Both the position numbers and the translations under genes were made by a program. This document shows, in pieces, positions 33,614 through 44,199 of a DNA stretch of 64,000 nucleotides. The first letter of the stretch is position 1. Every line of letters starts with the position of its first letter. Source of the DNA: Nitrospirota bacterium (GTDB taxonomy: Bacteria > Nitrospirota > UBA9217). The notes under the pieces were generated by a model. It was not told the DNA's origin and did not search any database. It saw nothing but the letters and a program-made list of their open reading frames with translations. The stretch lies in contig CAVUHW010000030.1 of the NCBI GenBank assembly GCA_963741205.1, forward strand, positions 95,428 through 159,427, read 5' to 3'.

Positions 33614-34519
33614 TCACTTGCATACCTCTTCTTCCTTGCACAGGCCCTCGTCCGCCGCGGATTGACTGGGCGTGGTCAGGAGGCCTGGCGGATTGAAAAT
33701 ATCGATCGTCACGGCTGCGTCCCGGGCGGGAGCCACGACGGCCTTTTTGGCCTGCTTTTTCTGTTCCGTCTTTTCCGCGGGCTTCTTTGCTTCCGTACAG
33801 GACAGCAGGTAGCGTCTGATCATCTCCTTGCCGGTGAGAAACACTTTCTGATTTGGATCATTTACCATGAGTGTGGGGATAAAGTCGATGCCCACGTTTT
33901 TCAGGAAGGCGCCGTATTCGCTGACCTGCAGATGCGCTACCGGGATCTTTTTCTCGTCCAACTCCTCGATGATCTCCGAGCAATGCCTGCAGTCCTTGCT
34001 GTAGAACAGGACGAGCCGGTCACTCGCGGGCAACTTGACCGTCACTCCCGCCGGCAGGATGAGGTACTGCATCAGAAAGACCGTGGCAAGGGCTGCGAAG
34101 CCGGCCAGGACGTCTCTTTCACCGGAGAGGGCCCGGAGGGCGGCGAGGGTCGCCATAAACCCGAAGATAATGACGCAGAATACGCAGAGGGTATGTATGC
34201 CGAACGCCAGGAACCCCATGAAGAAACCCTCGCCTGCCAGGGCGACGATGAGGATGAGGTTGATAAGGCGCTCGATCCCCGCCTTTTGAGCGTTCCGGTT
34301 GAGGAGCGTAAGGGCAGCGATCGAGAAAAACGTGCCCAGCCCGATGAGAAGTATCGAGACATCGCCGAAGCGCGCATATTGGGCCGTCGTCTTGCAGCCC
34401 TCGGTAAGGCAAATGCTCTTGCCGAAAAAATGCATGACGAGTTCCGTGGTCACGAAGATCGTCGCCAGGATGCTGACCGCCAGGAATAACGTGTTGGAGA
34501 TTTGTTTCCGGTCTTTCAT
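33614..34519 (-). CDS. VKOR-like membrane protein fused to a thioredoxin-like domain
   Basis: Loop CLTEGC, membrane CVFC, soluble LFYSKDCRHC...IPTL, terminal CxxxxC. Confidence 0.75.
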   Translation of the reverse strand: MKDRKQISNTLFLAVSILATIFVTTELVMHFFGKSICLTEGCKTTAQYARFGDVSILLIGLGTFFSIAALTLLNRNAQKAGIERLINLILIVALAGEGFFMGFLAFGIHTLCVFCVIIFGFMATLAALRALSGERDVLAGFAALATVFLMQYLILPAGVTVKLPASDRLVLFYSKDCRHCSEIIEELDEKKIPVAHLQVSEYGAFLKNVGIDFIPTLMVNDPNQKVFLTGKEMIRRYLLSCTEAKKPAEKTEQKKQAKKAVVAPARDAAVTIDIFNPPGLLTTPSQSAADEGLCKEEEVCK

Positions 34520-34570
34520 GGTTCTCGTTCCTTTAAGAAGGTGGAAACCACCTGTACTCCGTACTCAATT

Positions 34571-35891
34571 TTACAACAGCGTCGCGGCAAGCTCTGCGAG
34601 GTCCGACCGCTCGCCCTTGACGAGCGTGATGTGCCCGGCGATCGTCTCTTCCTTGAACCGGTCGACAACAAAGCTGAGGCCGTTGCTCGATGAATCGATG
34701 TAGGGATTGTCGATCTGGTACGGGTCTCCCGTCAGCACGATCTTGGTCCCTTCGCCCGCGCGCGTGATGATGGTCTTGATCTCGTGCGGCGTGAGGTTCT
34801 GGGCCTCGTCCACGATAAGGTACTGGTTCGGCATGCTGCGGCCGCGAATGTAGGTGAGCGGCTCGACCTCGATCATGCCCAGGTCGAAGAGGCTCTGCAG
34901 GTCTTTCTTCCCCTTGGCCCTTCCGGCCACTTGACGACGCGCCCATGAGGAAATCGAGATTATCGCGGATGGGCTGCATCCACGGCCTGAGTTTCTCTTC
35001 GATATCGCCGGGCAAAAAGCCGATGTCCTTGCCGAGGGGAAACACGGGACGCGAAACCACCAGACGCTGGAAGGCCCGGGCCTCGATGGTCTTCTCCAGG
35101 CCCGCGGCGAGCGCCAGGAGGGTCTTGCCCGTTCCGGCCTTGCCCACGAGCGTCACCAGGCGGATGTCGTCGTTCAGAAGCAGGTCGAGGGCGAACTGCT
35201 GCTGTTTGTTCTTCGCGTTGATTCCCCACACTCCGTGCTTTGTGTTCATGACCGGCACGAGGACGTTCTTTTGCTGATAATACCGCGCCAGGGCCGTCTG
35301 GGAGAGATTGGCGCTGTTCTTGAGCAGCACGAACTCGTTCGGATGGGGTTTGGGTTCGGCGGGCGGGGTGTACTCTCCCTGAGCGTAGAAGGCGTCAATG
35401 ACGCCCGGATCTACGAGAAGCTCCGTCTCTCCGGCATACAGTTCGTCGATCGTGATGGTGTCCGACTCGTAGTCCTCGGCCCGGAGCCCGAGTGCGTCGG
35501 CCTTGATGCGGAGATTCGTGTCTTTCGTCACGAGGATCACCGGAAGATTGTCATGCTTCAGGTTCAGGGCCGTGGCCAGGATGCGGTTATCGGCCTTGGT
35601 CGCGATGAGCTCGGTCGGCAGGCGCTCCGGCGACTGGTGGTTGAGCTCCACGCGCAGGGTCCCGCCCCCGTCGAGCTGCACGCCCTGGGAGAGCTTCCCT
35701 TTTTGCCGGTACTCGTCCAGGATCCGCGAGACCTGGCGCGCGTTTCTGCCGATTTCGTCGATCCCTTTCTTGAACTTGTCCAGTTCCTCGATCACCACGA
35801 TGGGGACGGTCACATCGTTGTCCTCGAAGGAAAAGATCGCCCTCGGATCATGGAGCAGCACATTGGTGTCCAAAACAAATAATTTTTTCAT
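34571..35891 (-). CDS. PIN-PhoH (PhoH2) RNA helicase/nuclease (one indel)
   Basis: VLDTNVLLHDP PIN domain; GKAGTGKT, IGFLPG, YIRGRS, DEAQNLT, GDPYQID. Confidence 0.93.
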
Positions 35892-36037
35892 TCAATTGCC
35901 CTTCTTTGCATTATTGGGTGCAACCGCTTTTTTGTCATTCCTGCGAAAGCAGGAATCCATTTTCATATTTAATAAAATTAATGGATTCCGGGTCAAGCCC
36001 GGAATGACGGCATAAAGCACGGCGAGCGATCTTGTCG

Positions 36038-36667
36038 TCAACCCAGGATGTCCCTCACCGGGACGGCCCCTTCCCGCACCACCCGCGGCGTATCCGCGGT
36101 AACATCGATGATCGTCGATGGTTTTCCTCCTGCTGTTTCCCCTCCGTCCAGGACGAGGTCGACCAGGTCTCCGACGGCTTCCGCGGTCTCCCGTGCAGTA
36201 CGGAAGCTCGGCCGGCCGGAGAGGTTCGCACTCGTGCCCGTGAGCGCATGGCCGACAGATCTGATCAGATCGCGGGCGAAGACGCTGCCGGGGACCCGCA
36301 GACCGATGGTCCCGGTGCCCGCCGTCAGTTCGGGAAGCACGCAGCCCTTGGCGCTGAAGACCAGCGTAAGCGGCCCCGGCCAGTACCGGATTATGAGCCC
36401 TGCGGCCTTCTCCTTGATCTCCGCGGCCCATTGCCCTGCGTCAGCCGGGTCGGCGATAAGCAGCAGGATCGGCTGGTTCTTCTGTCTGCCCTTGATCTCG
36501 AATAGTCTTTTCACGGCAGCGGGATTCCCCGGGTCTGCGCCGAGCCCGTAGAACGTGTCCGTGGGATAGGCAATCACACCGCCGGACGCCACGGCGTCCC
36601 GGCAGCGCGAAAAGGCGTGTTCAGGATGACCGGGGTCGATCTTGATTATCTTTGCTGTTTTCTTCAT
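36038..36667 (-). CDS. tsaC: Threonylcarbamoyl-AMP synthase (Sua5/YrdC)
   Basis: PTDTFYGL, KGR, WPGPLT, TSANLSG, PSTIID. Confidence 0.93.
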   Translation of the reverse strand: MKKTAKIIKIDPGHPEHAFSRCRDAVASGGVIAYPTDTFYGLGADPGNPAAVKRLFEIKGRQKNQPILLLIADPADAGQWAAEIKEKAAGLIIRYWPGPLTLVFSAKGCVLPELTAGTGTIGLRVPGSVFARDLIRSVGHALTGTSANLSGRPSFRTARETAEAVGDLVDLVLDGGETAGGKPSTIIDVTADTPRVVREGAVPVRDILG

Positions 36668-37553
36668 CTTTCCCCGATTTCCCGGTCCACCCCTCCGCAC
36701 GACTCCCCGCCTGCCGTTATCACAATGTCCCCGTTCGGCCGTTTCAGGAACCTTCCCACGACCGGACACTTCACTTTGAACAGGAAAAAAGTGCGTTCGT
36801 CCCCTTCCCCCACGAGCGTTTCGTAATTCGCCTGGCCCTTGCTGATGATGAGGTCCGCTGAGCGGTAAGCGTCCCGGAAGCGGGAAGAACACGCTTCGAG
36901 CAGGGTGCCGATGCCGTCGTTGCCGTTGTCGATGACGGCGGCGCAGTCATGCAGACCCGCTGCGCGAGCGTCGTCAAGCGTCGCGTCGTTGATCACCGGC
37001 GCGCCCTTGACCACGGCGATGACATCCTTGCCCATGTCGCGCAGGATCTCAAGGAGGACCCGGTCGAAAACGATCTCTCCGGCGTTGTCGCAGAGGTACA
37101 GGAGGCGCTGCGAGATGGCTACCTTTTCGGCAAACAAGCGGTACGCAACGGGGTCCAGGGGAAGCTGAAAGGATTCCTCGATCGACCGGTCCACATCGAC
37201 CGTCTCATAGATTCCGAAGTCGATCACGTTCCCGGCGATTGCAGCGCGGACGCCGCCTTCCAGGGGTTCGGCTGTTTCCGCGGCCATTTTCTGAGCGCGG
37301 GAAGCCGCTCGAGGGCGATCCTGTTGTAGAGCTGCTTCACGGTCTGGTAAGGATCAACGCCCGTCTCCCGGCGCAGCATCCGGTGTATGACGGTCGTAGT
37401 CCGCGCAGGCACTTCGTCAAGCGACGCCTGCTCGATGATCGCTTCCGCTTTTCGCATGATTTCCCGGCCGCGGTCGCCGTTGACGCCCGCGTACTTCAGG
37501 GTCCGCGCGACCTGTCCGAAAAAACAGGGCAGGCACTCGAGTGCGGTCTTCAC
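36664..37553 (-). CDS. DUF89/ARMT1-like damage-control phosphatase (one indel)
   Basis: ECLPC, DPY, AIAGNVIDFG, DNAGEIVFD, INDAT, SKGQANYETL, KVKC. Confidence 0.88.
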
Positions 37554-38189
37554 GCCGACTCGCCTTGCGCCGGCGCGGCGCCTCCCGGCTTTTTCTTCCG
37601 CCTTCTGCGCCGCGGTTTTTTCTTTTCCGAAGCCGGCAGCCGGGGTCGGCGCCTCAGCGACAACCGGTTCCCGGGGCGCCGCCGGCGGCGCCGTAATCGC
37701 CACGAGCCTCTTTGCCTTTTCTTCCACGCTCCGCTCCATCTCCACCCGGAAGACCTTGAGACGGTTCGCTATCTTCACGTCGCTCGCCGCGATGATCTGG
37801 GCGGCAAAGACCCCCGCGTTTTTCGCGCCGGCCTTGCCGAGCGACATGGTCGCGACGGGAACTCCGCCCGGCATCTGCGCCGTCGCGAGGAGCGCATCGA
37901 TGCCCCTCAGCGGGGAAGAGTCGATCGGCACGCCGATGACCGGCAGCGTGGTATGCGACGCAATCACCCCTGCCAGGTGGGCGGCCCAGCCTGCGCCGGC
38001 TATGATCACCTTGATCCCCCTGCGCTCGGCGCTCACGCTGTATTCGAGCACTTTTTTCGGCGTGCGGTGGGCCGACGCAATGGTCATCTCATACTCGATG
38101 CCGAACTCCTGGAGCATGGCGGCGGCCTCCTGCATCACCGGCAGGTCCGAATCGCTTCCCATGAGAATGCCAACAACCGGTTTACTCAT
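37550..38189 (-). CDS. purE: N5-CAIR mutase with low-complexity C-terminal tail
   Basis: MGSDSD, SAHRTP, AHLAGV, PVIGVP, QMPGGVPVAT. Confidence 0.93.
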
Positions 38190-38339
38190 AACAACTCCCT
38201 TCTAGTTGATAAATTGTAAAAGTTGTTATTGTCAGGTCCCGACAGAGTCGTCCCGGATTGCACGATATCGGGGATCCATTCTATAAAATCGGATTCCGAT
38301 TCACCCGGAATGACACCATGAAAAGATACTTCGACATCT

Positions 38340-39106
38340 TTACAAGTCTTTTGCATCTTCGATAAAAACTGTTTTCACGCAGAACGCATCGCGCACCAGC
38401 GGCATCAGGGCCTTGACGCCGACCGTCTCCGTCCGGTAGTGACCGGCTACAACCAGGTTCATCCGACGGTCCCTCGCCGCGTTGTATACGGCAAGATCGA
38501 TCTCGCCGACCAGAAAACAGTCCAGGCCTTCCTTCACTGCGTCGGGAAGCATGTCACCGCCCCCGCCGGAGATGATGCCGATGGACCGGATCCGGTCTTT
38601 GCCGAAGGGAAAGACTCTGCATGCCGACGGCAAACGTTTCCGGAGCGTAGCCGCGACCGCGGCCGGGTCCGTCGCGGTCCTGAACAGTGCCGGCATAGCC
38701 TATTTTGACGCCGTGGTACCTTCCGAATTTTCGCACTTCCCGCAGGTCAAGGAGGCGGGCAAGCTGTGCGTTGTTCCCGTATTCTTCGTGGAGATCGAGG
38801 GGCAGATGCGCGGCGTAGAGGGCCATGCCGTTTTTCTTCAGAAGCGCCTCCCGATGTTTCTCAAGGTCCCGGTCCTTCTGCGGCCTCCATTTGATGCCGT
38901 GGTGGACCACGAGCAGCTCGACATCAAGCTTCTTCGCCTTCTCGAAGGTGGAGAGGCAGGCATCCACTGCAAAGCCGACAGTCCTGATTTCTCCGGCGCC
39001 GCGGGATTTTACCTGAAGACCGTTCAGCGAGGCGTCTTTAATCTTTTTAACCCGAAGTGTCTGGTTCAGGAAACTGCGTGATGTTCTTGACCGTCGGCTT
39101 TTTCAT
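38340..39106 (-). CDS. Nif3-like dinuclear metal-centre protein (indels)
   Basis: NGLQV, VHHG, AHLPLDLH...GNN, SGGG, AGHYRTETVG. Confidence 0.88.
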
Positions 39107-39140
39107 TCTGCCAATTTCCAAAATCAATGTTTTTCGGAAT

Positions 39141-40419
39141 TTAGTTCCCTGTCTCGAGCGCCCGCGCCCCGATGTCCCGTCGAAAGTGCGCGCCCTCGAA
39201 GGTGATCTCCCGCACGCCTTTGTAGGCGTTGTCGATGGCGGCCGCGACCACCGGGCCTAGTGCCCGTGACCCCGAGGACCCTGCCGCCGTCGGTCACGAT
39301 CTTGCCGTCTTTCATGGCGGTCCCGGCGTGAAATACCGACACGTTGCCGAGCTTTGCCGCGTTTTCGAGTCCCCGGATCTCCCTGCCCTTCTCGTAATTG
39401 CCGGGATATCCGCCCGAGGCCATGACCACGCAGACGGCGGAATCGGGCTTCCATTTGATGTCGATCTTCGACAGCGACCCGGCGAGGATGGCCTCGATGA
39501 TATCGATCAGGTCCGTATCGAGCCTTGCCATGACCGGCTGCGTCTCCGGGTCGCCGAAACGCGCGTTGAACTCGAGGACCTTTGCCTCGCCGTCGTCGAT
39601 CATGAGGCCGGCATACAGCACGCCCTTGAACAGGCGCCCCTCTTTTTCCATGGCCTGCACCGTGGGGATCATGATCGTGTCCATGACCTTTCGTTCCAGC
39701 TTCCGCGTGACGACCGGGGCCGGTGAGTAGGCGCCCATCCCGCCCGTATTCGGCCCCTTGTCCCCGTCGAACACGCGCTTGTGGTCCTGCGAAGACGCCA
39801 TGGGAACCACGGTCTTGCCGTCGGAAAAGGCCATGAACGACGCCTCTTCACCCTTCAGGCACTCCTCGATCACGACACGGTTGCCGGCCGCGCCGAAGGC
39901 CTTCTCCGTCATGATCAGGTCCAGGGCCTTCACCGCCTCCTCCACGGTCTCGGCGACCACAACGCCCTTGCCCGCGGCCAGCCCGTCGGCCTTCACGACA
40001 ATGGGCGCGCCTTTCGCGCGCACGTACGCCTCCGCGGCGGCCTTGTCAATAAAGACCCCGTATTCGGCCGTGGGGATGTTGTACTTTTTCATCAGGTCCT
40101 TGGAGAACCGCTTGCTCGCCTCGATCTCGGCCGCCTTTCCGCTCGGCCCGAAGACGCGCAGACCCGCTTTCGTGAACTCGTCCACGATGCCTCGGGAGAG
40201 CGGCCCCTCGGGGCCTACGACGGTCAGGTCGATTGCCTTGGACCGCGCGAAAGACAGGAGCCCGGCGATGTCTTCCGCCTTGATCGGCGCGCATTCCGCG
40301 AGTTGGGCAATCCCGGCATTGCCCGGCGCCGCGTAGATCTTCGTGACCTTCGGGCTCTGCGCGATTTTCCAGACAAGCGCGTGTTCCCTGCCGCCGCCGC
40401 CGATTACCAGAACCTTCAT
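39141..40419 (-). CDS. purD: Phosphoribosylamine-glycine ligase (indel near 3' end)
   Basis: GGGGREHAL, KADGLAAGKGV, QDHKR...GPNTGGMGAY, EFNARFGDPE. Confidence 0.96.
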
Positions 40420-40471
40420 TCACGCCCCCTTGTTATTCTGAAGCACGATGGACGACCGCTCGCTTCGCTCA

Positions 40472-41335
40472 CTAGGACGATGGACGCAAATTCTTTCCTC
40501 GTCCCTCGTCCGTCGTCTCTCGTCCGTCGGCCCTTAGCCCTTCATTCATACTCCCCGTCCGGTATCCCTCGATATCCAGACAGACGTAGGTATAGCCGAG
40601 TTCCTTCAGCCCCGCGGTGATTTTCTCCGAGACGTCACGGGACATGAGCTTTTCAAAATCGTCCCGCATCACTTCGATCCGCGCAATGTCGCCGTGATGC
40701 CGGACACGCGCCTGGCGGAACCCGAGGTCGCGCAAATGCTCCTCCGCCGCCTCAACGGTGCGGAGTAGCTCGTGAGTGATCCTCGTTCCATAGGGGATAC
40801 GGGAGGAGAGACAGGCAAGCGATGGTTTGTCCCAGACGGGAAGGTCCAGCGCTCGCGCGCATTCGCGGACCTCGGCCTTTGAAAACCCCGCTTCCAGGAG
40901 CGGGCTGCGCACGGAAAACTCCTCGGCTGCTTTTCTGCCCGGACGATGGTCCCTAAGATCGTCGGTGTTCGATCCCTCGATGACACAGGAGAGCCCCTCG
41001 GTCGCGGCGATCCGCCTGAGTTTTTCGAAAAGCTCTTTCTTGCAGTGGTAACATCGCTCCGGAGGATTGCGCACGAAGTCCTCCGACGCCAGCTCCTCGG
41101 TGCGCATGATCCTGTGCGTCACGCCGAGCGCGCGGGCAAAATCCTTCGCGTGAGTGAGTTCTCCCTTTGGATAGGTCTCGGAAACGGCGGTAACCGCAAT
41201 GAGGTTGGGGCCCATGACCTCGGCCGCGGCCCTGAGCAGGAGCGAGCTGTCCACGCCGCCGGAATAGGCGAGCACCGCGCCGTGCATGTCATGGAGCAGC
41301 GCCTTGAGATGATCCCATTTTCGTTCAATCACCAT
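40472..41335 (-). CDS. larE: LarE-like ATP-dependent sulfur transferase (PP-loop)
   Basis: AYSGGVDS, RCYHCK, KPSLACLSSRIPYG, GYRTGSMN. Confidence 0.88.
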   Translation of the reverse strand: MVIERKWDHLKALLHDMHGAVLAYSGGVDSSLLLRAAAEVMGPNLIAVTAVSETYPKGELTHAKDFARALGVTHRIMRTEELASEDFVRNPPERCYHCKKELFEKLRRIAATEGLSCVIEGSNTDDLRDHRPGRKAAEEFSVRSPLLEAGFSKAEVRECARALDLPVWDKPSLACLSSRIPYGTRITHELLRTVEAAEEHLRDLGFRQARVRHHGDIARIEVMRDDFEKLMSRDVSEKITAGLKELGYTYVCLDIEGYRTGSMNEGLRADGRETTDEGRGKNLRPSS

Positions 41336-41471
41336 CTTGGCGATAATAACACAGCACGAACGGAAGTGTCAATAAAGTCCTGCGATTCCGAAGAGCAGTC
41401 GTCGAGTGATGAATTCGGAGTTCGGCATTAGAAAAAAAGGGCTCTACTCCCCGCTCCAAGCTCCCAATTCC

Positions 41472-42281
41472 TTACGGCCTTTTCCCGCCGCTCGGGGCTA
41501 TAAAGCCGAGTCTCGTCGATAGCGTCCTGCCTGATTCTTCGAGCAGCCGGATGATCCCGCCTTTTTCAAGCCGCTCGTCGGTCAGCCTGCTTGCCGGGGC
41601 CATGATGCCTATCGCAGCGATCACCTTCTTCGAAAAATCCTTGACCGGCACCGCGATGCTGCGGACATCGATCTCCATCTCCTCGTTTTCGAGTGCGTAA
41701 CCCCGCTGGGCCGCCTGTTTCAGCTCGGCATGAAGCGCATCCCGGGTCTTGATGCCCCGTTCCGTCAGCGCGGTCAGGGTCGGCTCCGGGTACAGGCGAT
41801 CGACATCGGCCGTGGAAAGGTGCGCGAGCTGTATCTTGCCGACGGCGGTGCAGAAGGCCGGGTAAATGGCCCCGATGCGCGATACCGCGCGGACGGTTCG
41901 GTTCGTCTCAACGCTGTCCATGTAGATGACCTTGTTCCCGCGAAGAACGGCGACCACCGCGGTCTCTCCGGAGCCGGCTGCAAGGTCCTCAAGCACGGGC
42001 CGCGCCTGGCGGCGGCATTCCCGCTGCTCGATGAATATCGATCCGATCTGGAGCGTTTTGTGCCCCAGCCGGTAATTCTCCGTGGACTTGTTCTGCTCGA
42101 TGTAACCACGGTTCTCAAGGGTGGCCAAAAGGCGGAAGACATTGTTTTTATGAAGGCCCAGCCGCTTCGACAGCTCCGTGACGCCGAGTTCGTCCTCTGT
42201 CCGCGTGAACGACTCAAGAATGTCAAGCGCATGCGACACGGACTGGATCATATAGTTGGCTTTCTCTCTTTTCATGACCAT
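41472..42281 (-). CDS. IclR-family transcriptional regulator
   Basis: QSVSHALDILE...LGVTELS HTH; CTAVGK; SIAVPV. Confidence 0.93.
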   Translation of the reverse strand: MVMKREKANYMIQSVSHALDILESFTRTEDELGVTELSKRLGLHKNNVFRLLATLENRGYIEQNKSTENYRLGHKTLQIGSIFIEQRECRRQARPVLEDLAAGSGETAVVAVLRGNKVIYMDSVETNRTVRAVSRIGAIYPAFCTAVGKIQLAHLSTADVDRLYPEPTLTALTERGIKTRDALHAELKQAAQRGYALENEEMEIDVRSIAVPVKDFSKKVIAAIGIMAPASRLTDERLEKGGIIRLLEESGRTLSTRLGFIAPSGGKRP

Positions 42282-42304
42282 GCTTTCCTTGCGGTTCCTT
42301 TCAG

Positions 42305-42724
42305 TTACTTCAGTTTGCCTGGTTTGCTTCCCTTTTGCACCGGGTAGCCCTTCGCCTGCCAGTCAGGCATGCCTGCCTGGTAAATCATGAGGTTCGTATA
42401 CCCCAACTCCGTGGCCGCGCCTGCGGCCATGCGGCTCAGGCCTCAGCCTTCCCCCCTGCAGTAAAAAATATGGACGTCGTTTTGTCCTTGGGCAGGAGCG
42501 CGGCATCCTCCTTGATCCGGTCAGCCGGGATGTTTATCGCGCCTGGGATGTGCGCCTGCTGATATTCTTCCGCGGGCCTCGCATCAATGACGAACCACTT
42601 TCTGTTTTCCCTCCATCCGGGACTTGAGCTGTTCCGCATCAATAACGGGATACTGCGCCATGGCTGCCGTCGAAAGCAAGAACATGAATCCTAATAAAAA
42701 CATCACGATCTTTGGTTTTGACAT
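42305..42724 (-). CDS. Exported rhodanese-like protein, predicted selenoprotein (UGA at 42443-42445; two indels)
   Basis: Signal peptide; IDAR..EY..AHIPGAINIP; YCRGEG-TGA-GLSRMAA...LGYTN...GMPDWQAKGYPV; downstream hairpin. Confidence 0.75.
42412..42445 (-). promoter_or_regulatory. Bacterial SECIS-like element
   Basis: TGA-13 nt-TGGCCGC-AGGC-GCGGCCA: 7-bp perfect stem, 4-nt loop with G at position 2, loop starts 20 nt after UGA. Confidence 0.65.
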
Positions 42725-42830
42725 GGGGAACGCTCCTTGGGTTGTTTTAAAACAAGCGTTTAATATTAATTCGTCGTGCGGAGTTTTGTCAAGGGGGAAA
42801 ACAGGATGAGTCAGAGGCTTATGGCGACAG

Positions 42831-43419
42831 TTATTCTATAACTTCGAAAAACTTCACCGTGATTGATCGTCCGATATCATACAACCCCACAGGCCGAAGG
42901 CGATGAATACCAGCGCAGCGAACCACTTGATCTGCTTTTCCGGGATTTTTTTGTGCAGAACGATGCCGGCAATGATACCGACAGCGTCCGCGATCAGCAT
43001 TCCGGCTGTCGTACCGAACCAGACGGGACAATGGTATTGAACTCGGCGGCGAGCGCAACGGTGGCGAGCTGGGTTTTGTCCCCCATCTCGGCGAGAAAGA
43101 AGGCGATGATAACGGTCCAGAGAGGGCTGAAATTAAAGCGCTTGTCCTCGTCCTCGATCTTGTCGCCGCGTATCGTCCAGAGCCCGAAGACGATAAAAGA
43201 AGCAGCTGCCGCGATCTTGATGTAGTGCAGCGGGACAATGCTGGTGAGATAGCTGCCGACGTAGACAGCGAACAAATGGTTGGCGGCTGTCGCGAAAAAA
43301 ACGCCGAGCATCACGGTCTGCCACCGGAACCGTGTGGCAAAGGCCATGGCCAGGAGCTGCGTCTTGTCTCCCATCTCGGCCAGGAACACGATCGCGAGCG
43401 ACGTGAGAAACGCCGTCAT
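42831..43419 (-). CDS. TMEM165/GDT1 (UPF0016) Mn/Ca exporter-family protein (one indel)
   Basis: Two EMGDKTQL motifs. Confidence 0.9.
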
Positions 43420-44124
43420 CTAAGGACTTCTTTCTGTTTTTTGATGAGCGCCTTGATGCCCTTCTCTCCAAGGGCCAGCAGCTTGCCCAGCTCCTCTTTC
43501 GAAAAAGGCTCGCCCTCGGCCGTACCCTGCACCTCGACGATGGCGCCTTTGCCGGTCATCACCAGGTTCATGTCCACGTCGGCCGTCGAGTCTTCGGCAT
43601 AGCAAAGGTCGAGCATGGGCTTCCCATCAACGATCCCGACGCTCACCGCGGCAAGATGGTCGTTCACCGGGACCGCATCGATCATGCCCTGTTTTTTTAT
43701 GTGCCGGAGCGCGTCCACGAGAGCAACATAGGCGCCGGTGATCGATGCCGTGCGCGTGCCGCCGTCGGCCTGGACCACGTCGCAGTCGATCAACACGGAC
43801 CTCTCGCCAAGCGCTTTCATATCCACGACCGAGCGAAGGGACCTGCCGATCAGCCGCTGGATCTCGTAGCGTGCGGCCGCCCACCTTGCTCCGTTCGCGC
43901 TGGATCCTCTGGGCCGACGACCGAGGCAGCATGGCATACTCGGCCGTGACCCAGCCGGTGCCTTTGCCCCTTAAGAACGGCGGGACCGAGTTCTCGACCG
44001 TTGCCGTGCAGATGACCTTCGTATCCCCCATCTCGATCAGGACCGAGCCCTCGGCGGACTTGATGTAGTTTCTTGTTATCTTGATCCTGCGAAGTTCGTC
44101 CGCCTTCCTGCCGTCAATGCGCAT
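43420..44124 (-). CDS. rph: Ribonuclease PH (one indel)
   Basis: [50 protein letters not shown]. Confidence 0.96.
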
Positions 44125-44199
44125 AAAACCTCCAGAAATTTATCTGCAGAGGATGCAGAGAAAATAAGATTCTTTTGTTAGTTGCTCCGCGGTGAAGCC

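Noticed and set aside
33614-33616. Selenocysteine read-through at the VKOR-Trx TGA
   Set aside because: No convincing SECIS hairpin, and the downstream HMA gene is in another frame with its own start.
37224-38189. PurE-DUF89 fusion as given by the ORF track
   Set aside because: A one-base shift yields a natural tail and a GTGA stop/start overlap. Given the indel rate, fusion is the less likely reading.
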